From NCBI GenBank assembly GCA_963706955.1, contig CAVPOC010000008.1:160001-224000 (forward strand): a stretch of DNA of 64,000 bases, given 5' to 3'. This stretch comes from an uncultured Verrucomicrobiae bacterium (GTDB lineage Bacteria > Verrucomicrobiota > Verrucomicrobiia > Chthoniobacterales > Terrimicrobiaceae). This document shows positions 29,196 through 39,166 of this stretch, one piece after another (the first letter of the stretch is position 1; the number at the start of each line of letters is the position of its first letter). The position numbers and the translations under genes were made by a program. The notes below the pieces were generated by a model. It searched no databases. It worked only from the letters and a program-made list of their open reading frames with translations, and had not been told where the DNA came from.

Positions 29196-30432
29196 TCAGG
29201 GATGCGCCGCGCAGGGTTTGTCGCTGGCGGGAAGCGAAATACCGAGCAGGACAGCGGCAATTGTGCCAATTGCCAGATAGACCCAACCGAGCGGCGCCTG
29301 AGAGGTTTCCGGCAGATAGGCGGCCAGGGCCATTGTCACGCTAACCGCAAGGTAGCAAAGTGAACTAATGAAACCGCCGAGCAGTCCCAAGTTGCTGGAG
29401 AAAAGCCCGAGCGCCATTCCGTACATCGTCGGGCAAAGAGTTCCACATCCGGCGAGCGCCAGCATGCCGCCTATGGTGATGGGAAAGAACGAGGCGCCGA
29501 CAAGCAATCCGCTGATCAGAAGAATAAGAGTCCCGATAAGGTAGATCCAGAGGGCACCGAAGCAGAGTTGCCTCGGGCTGGTGCGCGTCGCCAACGATGT
29601 GCAGGCCATTTCGCCGGTCAAGTTGGCGCCGCCGATGACCAACGCGATTAAACCGTATGCTCCTGCGGAGAGTCCGAGATTCTGCTGAAAGAGAAATGGC
29701 GCCACGACCCCGAAGACCAGCTGCGCACTGGCGATAAGACCAAAAACGGCCGTGTAGGCAACAAAGCGGACGTTGGCAAGCGCAGCAAACAAGACTTTGC
29801 CCGCGCCTGCCGGACGGAAGCGGACACGTCTGTCGGTCGGAAGCGTTTCCGGGAGACGAAAGAAGACGAGCGCGCCAATCAAGCCTGCCAAAATCGCAAT
29901 GCCCGCGAAAACAAACCGCCAGGACAAATATTGAACCAGAAGTCCACCCACGGCAGGCGCGATCACCGGAGCGAGCCCCCAGGCGATGCCCAACAATCCG
30001 GAGATTGATGTCAGTTGTGACCCGCGAAAGAGATCAGCAGCCACCGCATAGGGAACGACCATGCAGGTGGCCGCAGCGATACCTTGCAAAAGTCGGAATG
30101 CAAGCAACGTCCAAATCTCGGTCGCAGCCGCACAGCCGAGACTGGCTACGATCAAGAGCGACAGCCCGGCGAGGAGGGGGCCTTTGCGCCCCCAAGAATC
30201 GGCCAGCATTCCGAGCGGGATGAGCGCCAGACACATGCCGACCACGTAAACGGTGACGGTGTTCTGGACGAGGGCGTTCGAGGAAGCGAGATCCCGCACC
30301 ATGTCGGGCATCGCGGGTGTATAGGCATCCAAAAGGAATTTGACTTAGCGGAATAACCGTAAGGAGCAACGCCACAACGCCGCGGGGCTCAGCCAGAGGT
30401 TGAGCCCGCGTTTCAGAAATCTGATCATTCAA
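29196..30432 (-). CDS. Bcr/CflA family MFS efflux transporter; frameshift at 30331-30334
   Basis: VIPLSQIP joins (L)DAYTPAMP after removing one base of a T4 run; GMLADSWGRK motif A; FRLLQG; LPETL. Confidence 0.8.
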
Positions 30433-30448
30433 CCCCGGCACGGCGGCG

Positions 30449-31969
30449 CTAGGTAAGACCGTCAAAATACCCGAAGAAGACACCGTCAGGATCATACTTG
30501 TCGCGCAGGTCTGCCAAACGCTTCCAACCTTCCGGAGAGAAGGCTCCGGTCGCCTCGGAAGGGATAGCGACGGGATCGGTCTCGCCGATATAATAGCCAG
30601 TGATGTAAGGCTTCATGAGCGCGACACATTCCTGATGCCATCTGCTATTGGATTCGTCATCGGCCGGGTCCTTCCACATTGTCCACGGACCTCCATAGAT
30701 GCGCGCACTGAGAGAAAGGGCGGCATTCGGAAGCGGCGCCGGAACGTTCGGTCCCGTGAAGATAGCAAAGAGGACGAGCGTGGTCGCCGATGGCGCTTTG
30801 GTCATGTGCTGGCTAACAGCCCGCACGATCTCTCCGGGATTGGAGTTAGAAAAGATCGCCTTGACGCGATTGCGCATCCCCTCCGGCCAAAGCGCGCCGG
30901 AAGCGTCAAACATTTCGTCAAAGACGAGGGGTTTGATCGGTGTTTGCATCAGGCATCTGTCGATGGCGGGACAGTCTTCGAAAGGCTGCAGAGCAGCCTT
31001 CGCCTCCTCCGCCGAATCAGCAAAGACAGCCGGTGAAACCATGCAGAGCTTGCCGCCATTGGCCGCCGCCGCTTCTTTTAACTCAGGCGGAGCGGTTAAG
31101 AGGAACACGCTTAGCTCGACAGCAGGCGACAACCGCGGAGCAATATTGCCGAGCCATTCGGCGACACTCGGCGCGTCGCTCAACGAGTAATAGTAAGTGA
31201 CGCCGTGAATGGCCTTCGGCAGGGGATAGAGTTTGAGGTGATAGCGCGTGACCACGCCGAAAAACCCGTAGCCAGCGCCCCGAGCCGCCCAAAAGTAGTC
31301 GGAATGATCACGTTCGTTAGCGGTGATGAGTTTGCCTTCGGCGGTGACTAGTTCAACGGCTTCGACGCTCTCATTGCCATAGCCCCAGACCCCCTGATTC
31401 CATGACATCCCACCGCCCAAAAGGTATCCACTTAGTTTGACCTGTGGACAGTGGCCACTCGGATAAGCCAGTCCTTCGGCATTGAGCACCCTTTGGATTT
31501 CGCGATTGCTAATGATCGGTTGCACCACCGCTTTGCGCGTCCCGGCATCGATGGAGATCACTTTGTTAAGATCTTTCAAATCGATGAGCAAACCGCCATT
31601 CCTGAGCGTCGGTTGACACCAGTTGTGGCCGCCACCGCGCACGACCACCTTCAACTTCTTCTCCCGCGCAAATTGAATCGAAGAAATGACGTCCTGTTCG
31701 TCGGCGGCGCAAACCACGATCTGCGGAGCGCGTTCGGGAACAAGGCGATTCCACAATCCACCGTAAACACGTTCCGCAAACTCCGGCTCACCAGCCCCGA
31801 TAACGGCTCCCCGGCAGACCTGCCTCAGCGCCTCGGGGCTTCCCGCTGGCATGGTGACCTCTGAAGGTTGCCCGCGGGCGGACGGGCCAAGGAGGGGGCC
31901 AGCGGCGGCGGCGCCGGCTCCCGCCACGAACTGGCGGCGAGAAAGCGAATCATTGCCGTCCATCGGCAC
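30449..31969 (-). CDS. Tat-exported FAD-binding oxidoreductase (berberine-bridge/BBE family)
   Basis: SRRQFV twin-arginine motif; RGGGHNW and GHCPQV flavinylation sites; FWAARGAG; YDPDGVF. Confidence 0.9.
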   Translation of the reverse strand: MPMDGNDSLSRRQFVAGAGAAAAGPLLGPSARGQPSEVTMPAGSPEALRQVCRGAVIGAGEPEFAERVYGGLWNRLVPERAPQIVVCAADEQDVISSIQFAREKKLKVVVRGGGHNWCQPTLRNGGLLIDLKDLNKVISIDAGTRKAVVQPIISNREIQRVLNAEGLAYPSGHCPQVKLSGYLLGGGMSWNQGVWGYGNESVEAVELVTAEGKLITANERDHSDYFWAARGAGYGFFGVVTRYHLKLYPLPKAIHGVTYYYSLSDAPSVAEWLGNIAPRLSPAVELSVFLLTAPPELKEAAAANGGKLCMVSPAVFADSAEEAKAALQPFEDCPAIDRCLMQTPIKPLVFDEMFDASGALWPEGMRNRVKAIFSNSNPGEIVRAVSQHMTKAPSATTLVLFAIFTGPNVPAPLPNAALSLSARIYGGPWTMWKDPADDESNSRWHQECVALMKPYITGYYIGETDPVAIPSEATGAFSPEGWKRLADLRDKYDPDGVFFGYFDGLT

Positions 31970-31990
31970 CTCGGCAAGAAGAGCCTCTCG

Positions 31991-32962
31991 TCACCAGGGG
32001 AGCAGCCTCCACAGGGCGATCACTTCCACGGCGAACAGCACGCAGAGAATGCCGACTCCTTTGAAGGTGACGGCGCTCGCGTTTCCTTTGGGAAACAGCC
32101 ACCAGCCAAACCAATTTACACAAAGCGGCATGGTGAGGAAACTGGTCAATGCAACACTGATGGCATTGCCGATGAATGTCCCCAGCGAGGCATGAATGCC
32201 GAGATTCGCCAGAACCGGACTGAGGAATTTCATCTCGAGCATGACAATCGGAAACAAACCGAGGAGGACCAACATGGCGGCTTTCCAATTCGGGGGACCC
32301 TCGCCGGTCATTGGGTCGATGGGCACCCAGCCAGGAAATGCGGTCGCGAGCCGCATAAGTTCCTCGCTCTCGATGAACTCTCTCGTCTCGGACAGAAGGA
32401 CCCTGCGCTCGGGTGCGTTCATCCAGGCTTCGAGGTGCTCGGCGGAGTCGTAGCGGAGAATTGAAGTCCAGTGGCCGTCGCCGCCGCCCGCTGGCGGTTG
32501 AAGATACATGCCTCGGTAGCCTGGATATTGGGCCTGCGCAGCCTGAATGCTTGCGGCCCATTCACGATAGCGATCTGCCATCCCGGGTCGAACCTTGGAA
32601 AAGATGACTTCAGTGACTTCGGTCCCTGGAACCGCTCCCGTTCCATCGGTGCTGACCGTTTCTCCAAAATTCCCGCCATCAACCAGCGGCACGACTTCGC
32701 CAAGAATTTTGCCGCGTTCAGCCGACTGTTTCCAAGCGGTGAGACTCGCCTCGGAGTCAAAATTAACAATGATGGTCCAAGGTATCTCTGGTCTGCCGTT
32801 GGGGGGCGGCACGATGTCGGTGCTGATAAAGCCGGGGAATTTGGAAATGGCAGCGGAATGTCGCGCCTGCCACGCCGCGAAAGCTTCCTCGGAACCAGGA
32901 TGAACTCGAGCTGTCGAAATCAGGACGGCCGGCTTGTTCATTGCTGGTGGCGCAGTTGTCAT
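31991..32962 (-). CDS. Double ABM (antibiotic biosynthesis monooxygenase-like) domain membrane protein
   Basis: Two repeats (FPGF...FDSEASLTAWKQSAER / YPGY...YDSAEHLEAWMNAPER) plus a PPNWK TM tail. Confidence 0.85.
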   Translation of the reverse strand: MTTAPPAMNKPAVLISTARVHPGSEEAFAAWQARHSAAISKFPGFISTDIVPPPNGRPEIPWTIIVNFDSEASLTAWKQSAERGKILGEVVPLVDGGNFGETVSTDGTGAVPGTEVTEVIFSKVRPGMADRYREWAASIQAAQAQYPGYRGMYLQPPAGGGDGHWTSILRYDSAEHLEAWMNAPERRVLLSETREFIESEELMRLATAFPGWVPIDPMTGEGPPNWKAAMLVLLGLFPIVMLEMKFLSPVLANLGIHASLGTFIGNAISVALTSFLTMPLCVNWFGWWLFPKGNASAVTFKGVGILCVLFAVEVIALWRLLPW

Positions 32963-33277
32963 TCCGCAAATCTCAAATGGATAGCGGCCAAACCTCCGTC
33001 AGGCCCCGGAGGGGGGCGATGGCATCCGCCGTCTTCTCCGCCATGGTTAGTCGGTTTACTCCGGCGATTCGCCTTCACGACTCTAAGCTTCCTCATGCCC
33101 GATCTGAACAGACGGCAGGGCGATGCTCTTTCGCAGCTTAGAATCGAAGAGGCTTGAGCTGCGATGATCACTGATTAAGCCTGACGTTGGTTTTCTTGAG
33201 CGATAGGCAAGCTCGCCGTTCTGTCGCAGAATCGCTTGGCAGCGATCCCCTCTAATTCCATTTTGCTCGGGTTTGCC

Positions 33278-33871
33278 TTAGTAGGGATGCCGATCCGGCT
33301 TGTTCTGCCAGGCTTCGCATGCTTTGAGCGCATATTCGCGTTCGAAATCGGGGAAGCATTGAATCGCTTTGCGCTCCTTCCAAGGGAGACGGAAATCAAT
33401 GTATTGAAATTCGTCGTCGAACCCGATCTTGCTGGTGTCTTCGAGGCGGGTGCCAAAATAGACACGATCGATCCGCGCCCAATAAATGGCACTCATACAC
33501 ATTGGACAGGGAGCGCCATTGACGAAGAGGTCGCACCCCTTGAGCATCTGGGCGCGTTCCGGCACCGGATCCGGAGAGCCCGGCGGCCGCGGAATCATCT
33601 TGAGATTGCCTTCATAATACTCAGAACCAAGAATTTCCTTACGATTAATGCGAGAGCAGGCGTCGATGATAGCGGTCACTTCAGCGTGATAGACAGGAAT
33701 GCCAGTCAAGAGAACTCGGTTCTGGCCGCGGCCGATGATCTCGCCATCCTTTACAATAACGGCTCCGAACGGTCCGCCCCACCCTTTCTCAACTGACTCG
33801 ATGGCCAGCTTGGTGGCTTCGTGGAGGAACTGTTTCTTGTATTCATCGCTATCGGTTTTTACTGCGCTCAT
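33278..33871 (-). CDS. Nucleoside deaminase (guanine deaminase-like, CDA fold)
   Basis: GGPFGAVIV, HAE, PCPMCMSAIYWA, GFDD. Confidence 0.9.
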   Translation of the reverse strand: MSAVKTDSDEYKKQFLHEATKLAIESVEKGWGGPFGAVIVKDGEIIGRGQNRVLLTGIPVYHAEVTAIIDACSRINRKEILGSEYYEGNLKMIPRPPGSPDPVPERAQMLKGCDLFVNGAPCPMCMSAIYWARIDRVYFGTRLEDTSKIGFDDEFQYIDFRLPWKERKAIQCFPDFEREYALKACEAWQNKPDRHPY

Positions 33872-34328
33872 ACTGTTTGGTCGGTGGTTGTTTTGCTTTT
33901 GGGATCTGGAAAGTCGGCGGACTAACTTAGTGATTTCGGTGCTCGCTGATGCGGTCAATCGCGGCTCTCATCGAGGCGCCTGCCATCGCGTAGGTTCAGG
34001 CACTGCGAGCAGCGCGACAGAAAGGGGAAAGAGGGTTCTCAAGCAGGGAAAGTGCGATCGATGATGAGACCCCGCGGGGACTTTGCCAAGTAAAAAAAGA
34101 CAGCGGCATATATGCGTGATTTAAGGATGGCACGCTAGAGCTAAAGGTTTTCGGCCGCAGCGACATGCAAGCGATGCAATGCAGCGCGATAGCATAGGAA
34201 AATTCATTGTCGGAAGATTCAAAGTGTCGGGCTAGGCAATGCGAACCGGCGCTGGATTGCTCGGCGTGTGCTTCTTAGGACAGAAAGACACTCGCCACCT
34301 GCCAAAGAAGGCGATCTTATGGATCAGG

Positions 34329-35117
34329 ATGCACTTCCTGACTGCACTTGCTAACGCGTTTGTGGAAGCTGCTGGGGTCGAAGCAGTCTCCTGGGGAGGA
34401 TCAGCCGCTTTGCAGAGAGCTGATGCTTTGTCGGACTACGATTTGTATGTTTATTCGCGAACCCCAGTGCCGCTGGAAGTTCGTGAGAAGATCATCTCCA
34501 GCCGCGCCTGCCGCTATCAGCTCGATAACGCATTCTGGGAGCTGGAAGATGACTGGACCGAACCAAACGGGGCAGAGTTCAATGCGATGTACCGATCATG
34601 CCAGGAAGCAGAAGAGGAACTCGAGCGGCGTCTTAGACGACATGTGGCTTCCCTCGGATATACTACCGCATGGTGTTTTAGTATAAGCCATAGCCAGATT
34701 CTCGCTGATCCGAATGGCTGGCTCGCCAATCTTGGTCGGCAAACCCGAGAGCGGTATCCAGCCGGTCTTGTGCAAGCAATTCTCCGGAAGAACCGACCCG
34801 TCCTGGGTGGCGGAATGCAATCCTGCTACCTTAAGCAAATCAGGGCTGCGATCGTTCGCCACGATCCAGTCAGCCTTAATCACCGCGTCGCGGCGTGGCT
34901 GGCGAGCTATTTCGACATCCTCTTCGCAATTAACGGCCGGTTGCATCCGGGAGAGAAACGTCTGCTTAACTACACTGAGGAATTGCCCATTCTTCCGGAG
35001 GGTGCGTTGACCGACGTGGGTGACCTATGCGTTTTGGCTGGGAAACTCGACGAAGGGATCACAGATCACGTTGAACGAATGCTGGCACGGCTGGATGAAA
35101 CGATTGCTCGGTTGTGA
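34329..35117 (+). CDS. DUF4037-type nucleotidyltransferase domain protein
   Basis: GGS...D..SDYDLYVY; SYFDILFAIN...HPGEKRL. Confidence 0.8.
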   Translation: MHFLTALANAFVEAAGVEAVSWGGSAALQRADALSDYDLYVYSRTPVPLEVREKIISSRACRYQLDNAFWELEDDWTEPNGAEFNAMYRSCQEAEEELERRLRRHVASLGYTTAWCFSISHSQILADPNGWLANLGRQTRERYPAGLVQAILRKNRPVLGGGMQSCYLKQIRAAIVRHDPVSLNHRVAAWLASYFDILFAINGRLHPGEKRLLNYTEELPILPEGALTDVGDLCVLAGKLDEGITDHVERMLARLDETIARL

Positions 35118-35135
35118 AATGTGCCGGCTCACTGG

Positions 35136-35160
35136 CGCCGGTGGGGACACTGCCGCTACA
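35136..35160. repeat. GTAG-type REP
   Basis: CGCCGGTGGGGACACTGCCGCTACA; same family as 52285, 58531 and 61659, with a variant at 23704-23728. Confidence 0.65.
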
Positions 35161-35185
35161 GCTTTAAGTTCAAAGCTAAGCTCGC

Positions 35186-35800
35186 TTAATACTTCCAGAG
35201 ATTGCCGCGACTAGCGTCGGAAAAGACCTGTGAGCTTAGCATGTAAGACATGGGGGGATCCGGCAGACTGCTATCGTCGAGGACCGGCAGGGTCTTCCCG
35301 ATCGTCGCGTCCCATGGCTGGCTCCTCGCAATGTGGATCGGCGTGCCCACACGGACTAATTGGAAAGTCTTGCGCGCAGCATCGATTGGCATGCGGACAC
35401 AGCCGTGCGTGCTGGGATATGGTTTCACAAAGCCCCAATGCAGGCCGTAGGCGGACTTGAACTCCATCCAGTATGTCATCGGATAGCCTGCTCCCGGACT
35501 GCTCTGCCGGCGGCGATTCGCCACCTTGAGATAGATGGTGTAGTTGCCATGCGGAGTCGGGTCGGACGCCGTGCCCACAGTCACCGGAGTAGCGAGAAGG
35601 ACGTTATCACCTTCGACCACATACAGCCGCTGCGCTCCCGTGCTGAGCTTGAGCTTCACGGCGGAGGGATTTCTCGGCTGTTGCACCGGTGGATCAAAAG
35701 AAAACGAATTCGGGGTGTTGGAAGAAACGACCGCGCAGGCACTCAGCCCAATCGCGAGTCCGACCGACATGGCGGCGAGAAGCAAACGGGATACTTTCAT
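35186..35800 (-). CDS. L,D-transpeptidase (YkuD) lipoprotein
   Basis: Lipobox LSAC; YGLHWG...THGCVRM catalytic motif. Confidence 0.9.
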   Translation of the reverse strand: MKVSRLLLAAMSVGLAIGLSACAVVSSNTPNSFSFDPPVQQPRNPSAVKLKLSTGAQRLYVVEGDNVLLATPVTVGTASDPTPHGNYTIYLKVANRRRQSSPGAGYPMTYWMEFKSAYGLHWGFVKPYPSTHGCVRMPIDAARKTFQLVRVGTPIHIARSQPWDATIGKTLPVLDDSSLPDPPMSYMLSSQVFSDASRGNLWKY

Positions 35801-36017
35801 TCAGTTTAAAACAACGCCGAATCGTGCAGCATGCGCGCGAGCAGTCAAGAGCATGATAATTCTTGAGATGCGATTTCTTAAAGCCAGCCGGAGGACCATA
35901 CTCAAGGATCGGCGTCCGGAAGACGTGTGTGCGGTCGTTGAGGCGATTTCTCGCTGAGATGAAATGAAATTGAGTGCATCACCGAACGTTCGGGTCCCGC
36001 AGGGCGCGAAGATCCGG

Positions 36018-37373
36018 TCACGAGCTCCAGCGAATCTCGATGCGAAGCAGTTGATTCTGCAAGGTAGCTCGACAGGTTGCGCCGAGCCGCTCGGTGCAGG
36101 CAGCCACGACGGCCAGGCCTAAACCGGCGTGCCCCTTTTCGGAACGCGCTTCTGATTTTCGCCAGAACCGTTCGAACAGATGGGGAATGTCTTCCGCCTC
36201 GAGCTCGGGCGCCTCATTGCTTACCGCCAGGCAATCGGTTGATGCCTCCACGAGCACGTGTGCTCCTTTGGGTGCGTGGTTGACCGCATTTCCAAGCAGG
36301 TTATTTAGAATCGCTGTCCACAGGAGCGGGTCGGTTACGATTGCGGTGTTCTCGACCTTGGTGTCAATGGTCAAAGCTCGCTTTTCGGTCGACTCAACGA
36401 CCCGGGCCACGCAACTGCGGACACTTTCGACCAAGTCAAGTTTCGCGGACTCTACGTGAACCCTCTCGTTTTCCGCGCTGGAGAGCAGCGACAGCTTATC
36501 GAGCAACGCTTCATTCTCGGCGATCGCTTCGAGCATTTCTTCGCCATGGCGGCGATTGAATTCCTGGGGCCAATTGGTCACCAATTCCGTCATCACCTTG
36601 AGTTCAGTGAGTGGGGTGCGCAGTTCGTGAGCAGCGTACGAGCTAAAGCGACGTTCACGGTCGAAACCTGCTTCGAGCCGTTCGAGCATTTCATTGAGCT
36701 TTTCGGTGATGGGCTGCAATTCCTTCGGCAGTTGGGCGGTCGGGAGACGTTGGTGCAAGTGCGCCGCCTGTATGCTGCGCAGTTGACGGCCGAGGTCGTC
36801 AAGAGGTCGGAGGCCTAGCTTGAGGCACATGTGCACCAGGAAGACGGTCAAAATCAGGCCTGCCAGTCCAACGCCTGCCAGGATTAGAACTATGGAGTGG
36901 AGCGATCGTTCCAACCCACCGCTATAGCTTGCCACAATCACCCTGAGCGTTCCTGACTGCGTTGACTCCCCGGATGGGAATGATTTCGAGAGCGCTCTTC
37001 CGCTCCGTCCGTCGGGAAGTTTGATGGCGCCATATGCTGGCAAAGTCTTAACGTCGTGGGAGATCAAGTGATCGCCTCCCAAGGAGGGCGATTTTTCTAA
37101 CGTCCGCCCGTCTGGTCCCAACACCTCAAAGAAATCTCCACCGGCGCGCGAACCAAACCCCGCGAATTCCTGCACGTTGAGATCGATTTCCAGATCTTGC
37201 TCGTCCAGGTCCGCCGCGACGATAAGCGCCTGGGCCTTGGCGGCAAGGGTGGCATCGAACTGGGCTGTCAAGACAGCCCGGATCGTCCAGTAGAGAGCGA
37301 CTCCGCCGCCGAGCAGGAGAAGCGCGATGCCACCACATACGAGAAGCGTCATGCGGCGGCGGATCGAGATCAT
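36018..37373 (-). CDS. Sensor histidine kinase (QseC/CusS-like)
   Basis: Two TMs, HAMP, AHELRTPL, NLLGNA, FERFWR, GLGLA. Confidence 0.95.
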   Translation of the reverse strand: MISIRRRMTLLVCGGIALLLLGGGVALYWTIRAVLTAQFDATLAAKAQALIVAADLDEQDLEIDLNVQEFAGFGSRAGGDFFEVLGPDGRTLEKSPSLGGDHLISHDVKTLPAYGAIKLPDGRSGRALSKSFPSGESTQSGTLRVIVASYSGGLERSLHSIVLILAGVGLAGLILTVFLVHMCLKLGLRPLDDLGRQLRSIQAAHLHQRLPTAQLPKELQPITEKLNEMLERLEAGFDRERRFSSYAAHELRTPLTELKVMTELVTNWPQEFNRRHGEEMLEAIAENEALLDKLSLLSSAENERVHVESAKLDLVESVRSCVARVVESTEKRALTIDTKVENTAIVTDPLLWTAILNNLLGNAVNHAPKGAHVLVEASTDCLAVSNEAPELEAEDIPHLFERFWRKSEARSEKGHAGLGLAVVAACTERLGATCRATLQNQLLRIEIRWSS

Positions 37374-38044
37374 TGCGGGTGCAGAACGTAGCCAAGTCCT
37401 CGGCGCGTCTGGATAATCGAGGCGCCGCCTGCCGAAGCCAACTTTTGTCGCAGCGAATAGACAGCCGCATCCACAGCATTGCTTAGGGGATTGTCGCTTT
37501 CGGAGTAGATGTGCGCTTCGATTTGCTCCCGGCTAAATACTTGTCCCGGTTTGCGAGCCAGGCACTCAAGAAGGGAAAATTCTCGCGCGGTCAAGACAAT
37601 GTGCTTTCCAGCGCGGACCACCTTCTTGGCTGCCAGATCAATCTCGAGATCGCCCACCTGGACGCGGGAGTCGGCCTGACCGTACCGCCGGCGTCGGACG
37701 ACAGCCTCGAGACGAGCGTCAAGTTCCGCAATGGCAAACGGCTTCGTCAGGTAGTCATCTGCACCAAGGGCGAGTCCTTTCACGCGATCATCAAGTCCGT
37801 TGAGCGCCGTCAGGATGATGATGGGTGTGTCTTTTCCACGCCGGCGCCATCGTTCGAGCAAATGAAGCCCATTCTGTTTTGGGAGCATAAGGTCGAGCAC
37901 GATGGCATCATAGCCATGGATTCCGACAAGGGTTTCTCCTTCTTCGGCATCTTGCGCCTCATCGACGGCATGGCCAAGGCGCGTCAGCGCCTTGGCCAGC
38001 GTCGTGCGGAGGCGGTGCGAGTCCTCAACGAGGAGCAGGCGCAC
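37370..38044 (-). CDS. OmpR family response regulator
   Basis: LLVED, LDLMLP, GADDYLTKPF, wHTH ending RGLGY; 4-bp overlap with the kinase gene. Confidence 0.95.
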   Translation of the reverse strand: MRLLLVEDSHRLRTTLAKALTRLGHAVDEAQDAEEGETLVGIHGYDAIVLDLMLPKQNGLHLLERWRRRGKDTPIIILTALNGLDDRVKGLALGADDYLTKPFAIAELDARLEAVVRRRRYGQADSRVQVGDLEIDLAAKKVVRAGKHIVLTAREFSLLECLARKPGQVFSREQIEAHIYSESDNPLSNAVDAAVYSLRQKLASAGGASIIQTRRGLGYVLHPQ

Positions 38045-38091
38045 GGAAAGACAGAATGCGAAGTTCCGATTTGTGCGGGCTCATTGACGGG

Positions 38092-38574
38092 TCAGTCCTC
38101 CGGATCTTCAGTTTGGTTGATCAGGGTGCCATCCTCAGCGATCAAGACATCTAAATCGGGGGCCTTGTGTCTGTCGATTTCCAACGAGTATATGGTCTTC
38201 CCATCGGTGACCTCGCGGTCGACGCCATCATCGAGCTCTCCTCCGGCGGGCACAAGCTTTGCAGCAGCCTCGCGGACGGCGGTGGGGGCGTCAGCAAGGT
38301 CGATTTCCTCACGCGTTTTGATCAGTTTGCCATCGCTTCCGACAAGCATTTTCAGGTCGTCCCTCCTGCCGGGCAGATCAATTTCCGCCACATAGAGCGT
38401 GCGATCGTCGATGGTGATCTTTTTTACCTCGTCGACTTTGCCGTCCCGCGCATTGGCGCGAATTGTCTCCTGAACATTGGCGGGGCATTTCTCCAACTCG
38501 ATCTCATTATCGGCGCGCAGAGAAAAGGCAGTGCCCAGAAGAGCAAGAGCAATCAGAATTTTGGGTGATTTCAT
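38092..38574 (-). CDS. Secreted PepSY-like (BLIP-like) two-repeat protein
   Basis: Signal peptide; two repeats (LEKCPANVQETI...DGKLI / LADAPTAVREAA...DGTLI). Confidence 0.8.
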   Translation of the reverse strand: MKSPKILIALALLGTAFSLRADNEIELEKCPANVQETIRANARDGKVDEVKKITIDDRTLYVAEIDLPGRRDDLKMLVGSDGKLIKTREEIDLADAPTAVREAAAKLVPAGGELDDGVDREVTDGKTIYSLEIDRHKAPDLDVLIAEDGTLINQTEDPED

Positions 38575-38913
38575 AGTATCTATTTATTTGTTGAGTTTGC
38601 GGTCGCGGTTGCAACCTGCATGGGCACTCTTGCACGCCAAGATGATGACAAGATGAGCGGTAGCCAAAAATTTTACCGACGCAGCCGCTTGTTTCGCAAG
38701 CAAGGCATTTTCTTCGACCTCCTCGTCGGCGAGAAAGTGCATTTCAGTCTTCTTGACGCATTTGGTCAGGCGCGGACGCGGATGGAACCGTTTGAACTCG
38801 CCGTCGCAACGCTCGTCACTATGCATCTTCTCGAAGAGATCAATAAACCTATATTACTAAGCAGACATGCCTATTCTCGGCCTCTGTTCTAATTAGCGAA
38901 AGACGAAAACAAC

Positions 38914-39087
38914 ATGAAAACACCCGAACTCTCGGAACTCAGTGCTTTGGAAATGCAATCCGTCAGCGGCGGCGTGGCACGTGCCGCCGGCAGACGCGGC
39001 GGTGGGCGCTTCATTTTCCTTCTCCTTCTCCTACTCCTCGGCCGGAGTCGCGCTCCTGTTGGCGATCCTGTCGGAGCCCAGCGCTAA
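38914..39087 (+). CDS. Double-glycine leader peptide precursor (bacteriocin-like), 57 aa
   Basis: Below the ORF-track cutoff: MKTPELSELSALEMQSVSGG|VARAAGRRGGGRFIFLLLLLLLGRSRAPVGDPVGAQR. Confidence 0.65.
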   Translation: MKTPELSELSALEMQSVSGGVARAAGRRGGGRFIFLLLLLLLGRSRAPVGDPVGAQR

Positions 39088-39166
39088 TGGCTCATCGTTG
39101 AAACCGTTGAGGGTTTCGGCGAGAGGTCGGGCTGCGAGCCAAACAGCGGGAGCTTAGAAGCAGTGG

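Noticed and set aside
33872..34080. Purine/guanidine riboswitch upstream of the deaminase
   Set aside because: No consensus recognised by eye; an Rfam scan would be needed.
34128..34142. TGGCACGCTAGAGC as a sigma54 promoter
   Set aside because: GG-to-GC spacing is 9 nt rather than 10.
38620..38892. 90-aa ORF as immunity or partner gene of the GG peptide
   Set aside because: No motif, RBS or TM evidence; more likely the divergent promoter region.
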